The position numbers were made by a program, and so were the translations under genes. Below the pieces are notes generated by a model. The model had not been told where the DNA came from. It was given only the letters and a program-made list of their open reading frames with translations, and searched no databases. From positions 1 to 28,330 of the forward strand of contig JANOAV010000071.1 in NCBI GenBank assembly GCA_031411295.1: 28,330 bases of DNA, in the 5' to 3' direction. Every line of letters starts with the position of its first letter. The stretch's first letter is position 1. This DNA comes from Verrucomicrobiales bacterium. Lineage in GTDB: Bacteria > Verrucomicrobiota > Verrucomicrobiia > Verrucomicrobiales > V1-33. Shown here piece by piece: positions 25,446 through 28,330 of the stretch.

Positions 25446-28208
25446 TTACCCCGTGGTGCGCAGACCCGAAGCCACCGCATTGATCGACACCAGCAGGTCT
25501 GGAATAATGGCTTCAGCAGCTTCCGCTTGGCCTTGCAGGCTGTGGTTCCGCCAGGTTTGCAGCAGGTGCAACTGCTGCTCGTGCAGCAACGTCAGCGGTT
25601 GCTCGCGAATGGCCAACGTAAAGGCCATGCGGGGGCGACGCACGTCGAAGCTGCCGCCCAAGAGGTCCGCCATGGCAGCCTGGGTGCGGTGGAATTCGTC
25701 GAGGATGAGGGTTAGGAAATGCTCCCGGACTTTGTCATCCGTCACCAGACCAGCATAGCGTCGCATCCAAGTTTCGTTGGCGCTCACCAGCGAACTTTCG
25801 ATATTTGCCAGGAGGTAACGGAGGAACGAATTGCTGGAAGCAGCTGCTTTCAATTGTGCCCAAGCGCTGGGTTGCTCCTGCTGCAATTTGGCAAAGGCAC
25901 TGCCGGCTCCGAACCATCCGGGTAAATAGAATCGTGATTGCGTCCACGAGAATACCCACGGAATGGCGCGTAAATCCGCCAGGCTGGGCTGTCCGGTGCG
26001 ACGCGCGGGGCGGGAACCGATGCGGGAGTTCTCCAACGCATCAATGGGCGTGGCGCTGCGGTAAAATATCATGAAGTCAGGTTCGTGCAGCAAGGCTCGA
26101 TAAGTCTCGCTGCTCCAGAGCGCCAGTTGATCCAGGATTGGGGCCAAGGGATCCGTTTGCTGCGTCGCATCGCGATGCGCTGCGGTAGCCGCAGCGGCTG
26201 AGGCCATGAGCAGCTCAATGTTATAAACCGCCGAAGCAAAGTGCGCATATTTCTGACCGATCGTTTCCCCCTGTTCTGTCATGCGCAGGCGACCTTGCAG
26301 CGAACCGCTCGGCAGCGCTTCCATGAAGAAGTGAGTGGGGCCGGCACCGCGTCCCACGGTGCCTCCGCGGCCATGGAAGAAGACGGGTTTCACCCCAAAC
26401 TTAAGCGTCGTTTGCGCCAAGGCCGACTGCGCCCGATGCAGCGCCCATTGGCTGGCAAAGATGCCGCAGTCTTTGTTAGAATCGGAATATCCTACCATCA
26501 TTTGCAATGACGGTTCTCGTTGCAACTTCAGGCTCCGCTGTGTGGCCGGGTGCGCCAGAAAGTCCGCCACAATGCCCGGCCCAGCTTCCAAATCCGCCAT
26601 GGTCTCGAACAACGGCGTGACCGGCAGCGGGCAGCGCAAACCCTCGTCCGTCCACTCCGCCAAGCCTGCTTCACGCGCCAGGAGATAGACCACATAAAGA
26701 TCCTCCGCGCTGCGAGTCATGGAAACAATCAGTGCCCCCAGTCCGGCATTGCCATGTTGCGCCCGATGCTGTGCCAGCACGCGATGACATGCCAGCACGG
26801 TATCCGCCTCCGGGCCGGCGGACATGCCCGGGGCCAGGAACGGTCGGGGTGACAGGAGTTCCTTTTCCAAGAAACTTCGTTTGGCGGTCACCGACCAGTC
26901 ACTAAAGTTCGCCCCATTTTCCACGCCCGCCATGACCAGCAATTGAGCTAACGCTTTCTCATGGAACGCAGAGTTCTGCCGCACATCCAAGTCCGCCAAG
27001 TGGAACCCAAACGCGCTCAACTGGCGACGGAAGGGCACCAACAGTTCCCGCACCAAGGCCTGCGCTCCGCTGGCTTCCAAGGACGATTCCATGATGGCCA
27101 GATCACTGACTAATTCTGCGGGCTCACGGTAGGCTCCGCCGGAGGAGGGATGATCAATCGCCAACAGCACTTTGGCGCGCATCAGATAGGCGGCTGCCCG
27201 CCAAGGCTCCTCGCGATTCCGTTCCAAAATATAGCCGACATCCGTCCCGGGTTGCCCCTGCAACTCCGTCGCCAAGCGATCGATTAGTGTTTGCAGGACG
27301 GGCGGCACAGGTTGAAACAGCACACTGAGGGGCAGCGCATGGGCGAGCGCCTCCAACGCCCGCCGTTGCAACCGCAGCGCGCTCGTCCGCATTTCGCGCA
27401 AGGCCGTTTGCGTGATCTCAGCTGTAACAAACGGGTGACCATCACGATCCCCGCCAATCCAGTTTCCAAAGGCGATCAGCGGCGGCAGTTTATCCATGGC
27501 CTCGGGAGCATACCCGGCGGCTTCCCAGGCTTCGCGCAGGTGGGTGTGGACTCTCGCTAACGTTTCAGGAAAAACATCGCGCAGATAGTGCAGCACGTTT
27601 TGCAACTCAGCATCAATCGTCGGCCGGGTCACATGAATCTCTCCCGTGCGCCAAAGCCCTTCGAGTTGCACTTCCAGCAAATGTTTCAGCCGCGCCTGCT
27701 CCCGTGGCGTGTAGTCAGGATTCTCATGCCGATTCATGAGACCATAAATCTCATTATGCCGCTCGCGAGCCGTTTCGCGTTTGGATTCCGTGGGGTGCGC
27801 GGTCAGCACGGGTTCCACCACCACCGATTGCAGGGCTGCTAAAATGGCGGCTTCATCCAGTCCGTTGGCCGCCATTTGCCGCAGTTTATCCGCCCACAGC
27901 CCCTTCTCAGAGGCCGGTCCAATCTCCCGTTCCCGCATGCGTCGGACGCGGGAAGCGGTGCGTTCCTCCACAATGTTCAGCAACTGAAATGCGATGGAAT
28001 ACGCCTGTCCCAACTTGCGATCCACTCCACTGGGACCCGCCGCTCCATCCCCCACCCAAGGCAGGCGCTTGGCCAACTCCACTTCACCCAAGCGGGTAAG
28101 CGTGTTGGCAAAAGCTTCGAGGAGAAACTTCAGATCAGTTTCGAGCATCGCGAAACCTTGACTGCGGAGGGATTCAGAATTGAGAGCGGGCATGGGGACT
28201 ACTTCCAT
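25446..28208 (-). CDS. ppc: Phosphoenolpyruvate carboxylase
   Basis: VLTAHPTE, WIGGDRDGHP, PLFET, MVGYSDSNKD, FHGRGGTVGRG, TEQGE and LRAIPWVFSWTQSR; C-terminal GLRTTG. Start is probably 28208 or 28193. Confidence 0.96.
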   Translation of the reverse strand: MEVVPMPALNSESLRSQGFAMLETDLKFLLEAFANTLTRLGEVELAKRLPWVGDGAAGPSGVDRKLGQAYSIAFQLLNIVEERTASRVRRMREREIGPASEKGLWADKLRQMAANGLDEAAILAALQSVVVEPVLTAHPTESKRETARERHNEIYGLMNRHENPDYTPREQARLKHLLEVQLEGLWRTGEIHVTRPTIDAELQNVLHYLRDVFPETLARVHTHLREAWEAAGYAPEAMDKLPPLIAFGNWIGGDRDGHPFVTAEITQTALREMRTSALRLQRRALEALAHALPLSVLFQPVPPVLQTLIDRLATELQGQPGTDVGYILERNREEPWRAAAYLMRAKVLLAIDHPSSGGAYREPAELVSDLAIMESSLEASGAQALVRELLVPFRRQLSAFGFHLADLDVRQNSAFHEKALAQLLVMAGVENGANFSDWSVTAKRSFLEKELLSPRPFLAPGMSAGPEADTVLACHRVLAQHRAQHGNAGLGALIVSMTRSAEDLYVVYLLAREAGLAEWTDEGLRCPLPVTPLFETMADLEAGPGIVADFLAHPATQRSLKLQREPSLQMMVGYSDSNKDCGIFASQWALHRAQSALAQTTLKFGVKPVFFHGRGGTVGRGAGPTHFFMEALPSGSLQGRLRMTEQGETIGQKYAHFASAVYNIELLMASAAAATAAHRDATQQTDPLAPILDQLALWSSETYRALLHEPDFMIFYRSATPIDALENSRIGSRPARRTGQPSLADLRAIPWVFSWTQSRFYLPGWFGAGSAFAKLQQEQPSAWAQLKAAASSNSFLRYLLANIESSLVSANETWMRRYAGLVTDDKVREHFLTLILDEFHRTQAAMADLLGGSFDVRRPRMAFTLAIREQPLTLLHEQQLHLLQTWRNHSLQGQAEAAEAIIPDLLVSINAVASGLRTTG

Positions 28209-28330
28209 AGCAGCAAAAATGCCCGTGCGACAAAAAATATCCCACCCGGATGAATTTCCCGTTTGTGGCAGCAGACAAGCGGACTGCTGCCACACACACG
28301 GCGGCGGGGCGGGCTTTACGGTGAGCCAGA

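Overview
A ~58-60% GC bacterial chromosomal segment (GC judged by eye). Its gene content (DUF1501, SHD1 proteins, sulfatase, GYF_2, several REP-like palindromes) suggests the PVC group, most likely Verrucomicrobia; this is an inference. The most notable part is the left end, which looks like the tail of an RNA-repair/quality-control locus. It holds the 3' half of a tRNA-mimicking Y RNA (YrlA-like; D-arm but no anticodon or T arm after it), a REPIN-like hairpin, and a second ~108-nt Y-RNA-like element without the tRNA module. These are followed by a TROVE/Ro60 (Rsr) gene and an HNH nuclease gene that has lost most of its Zn-binding cysteines. The rest is mainly housekeeping or PVC-typical: AI-2E transporter, LURP/tubby-like protein, M16 peptidase, ispB, apbE, and a head-to-head pair of exported SHD1 proteins (a duplicated SHD1-aspartyl protease and a probable pseudo-gluzincin). 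Further on are a tight operon (Zn-ribbon/GYF_2 protein, RmlC-like cupin, degenerate HNH), DUF1501, an aminopeptidase, a clan-A glycoside hydrolase, an EF-hand protein, lpxA, folC, a sulfatase, a nested REP cluster and ppc. All family calls come from recognising motifs by eye; no searches were run.
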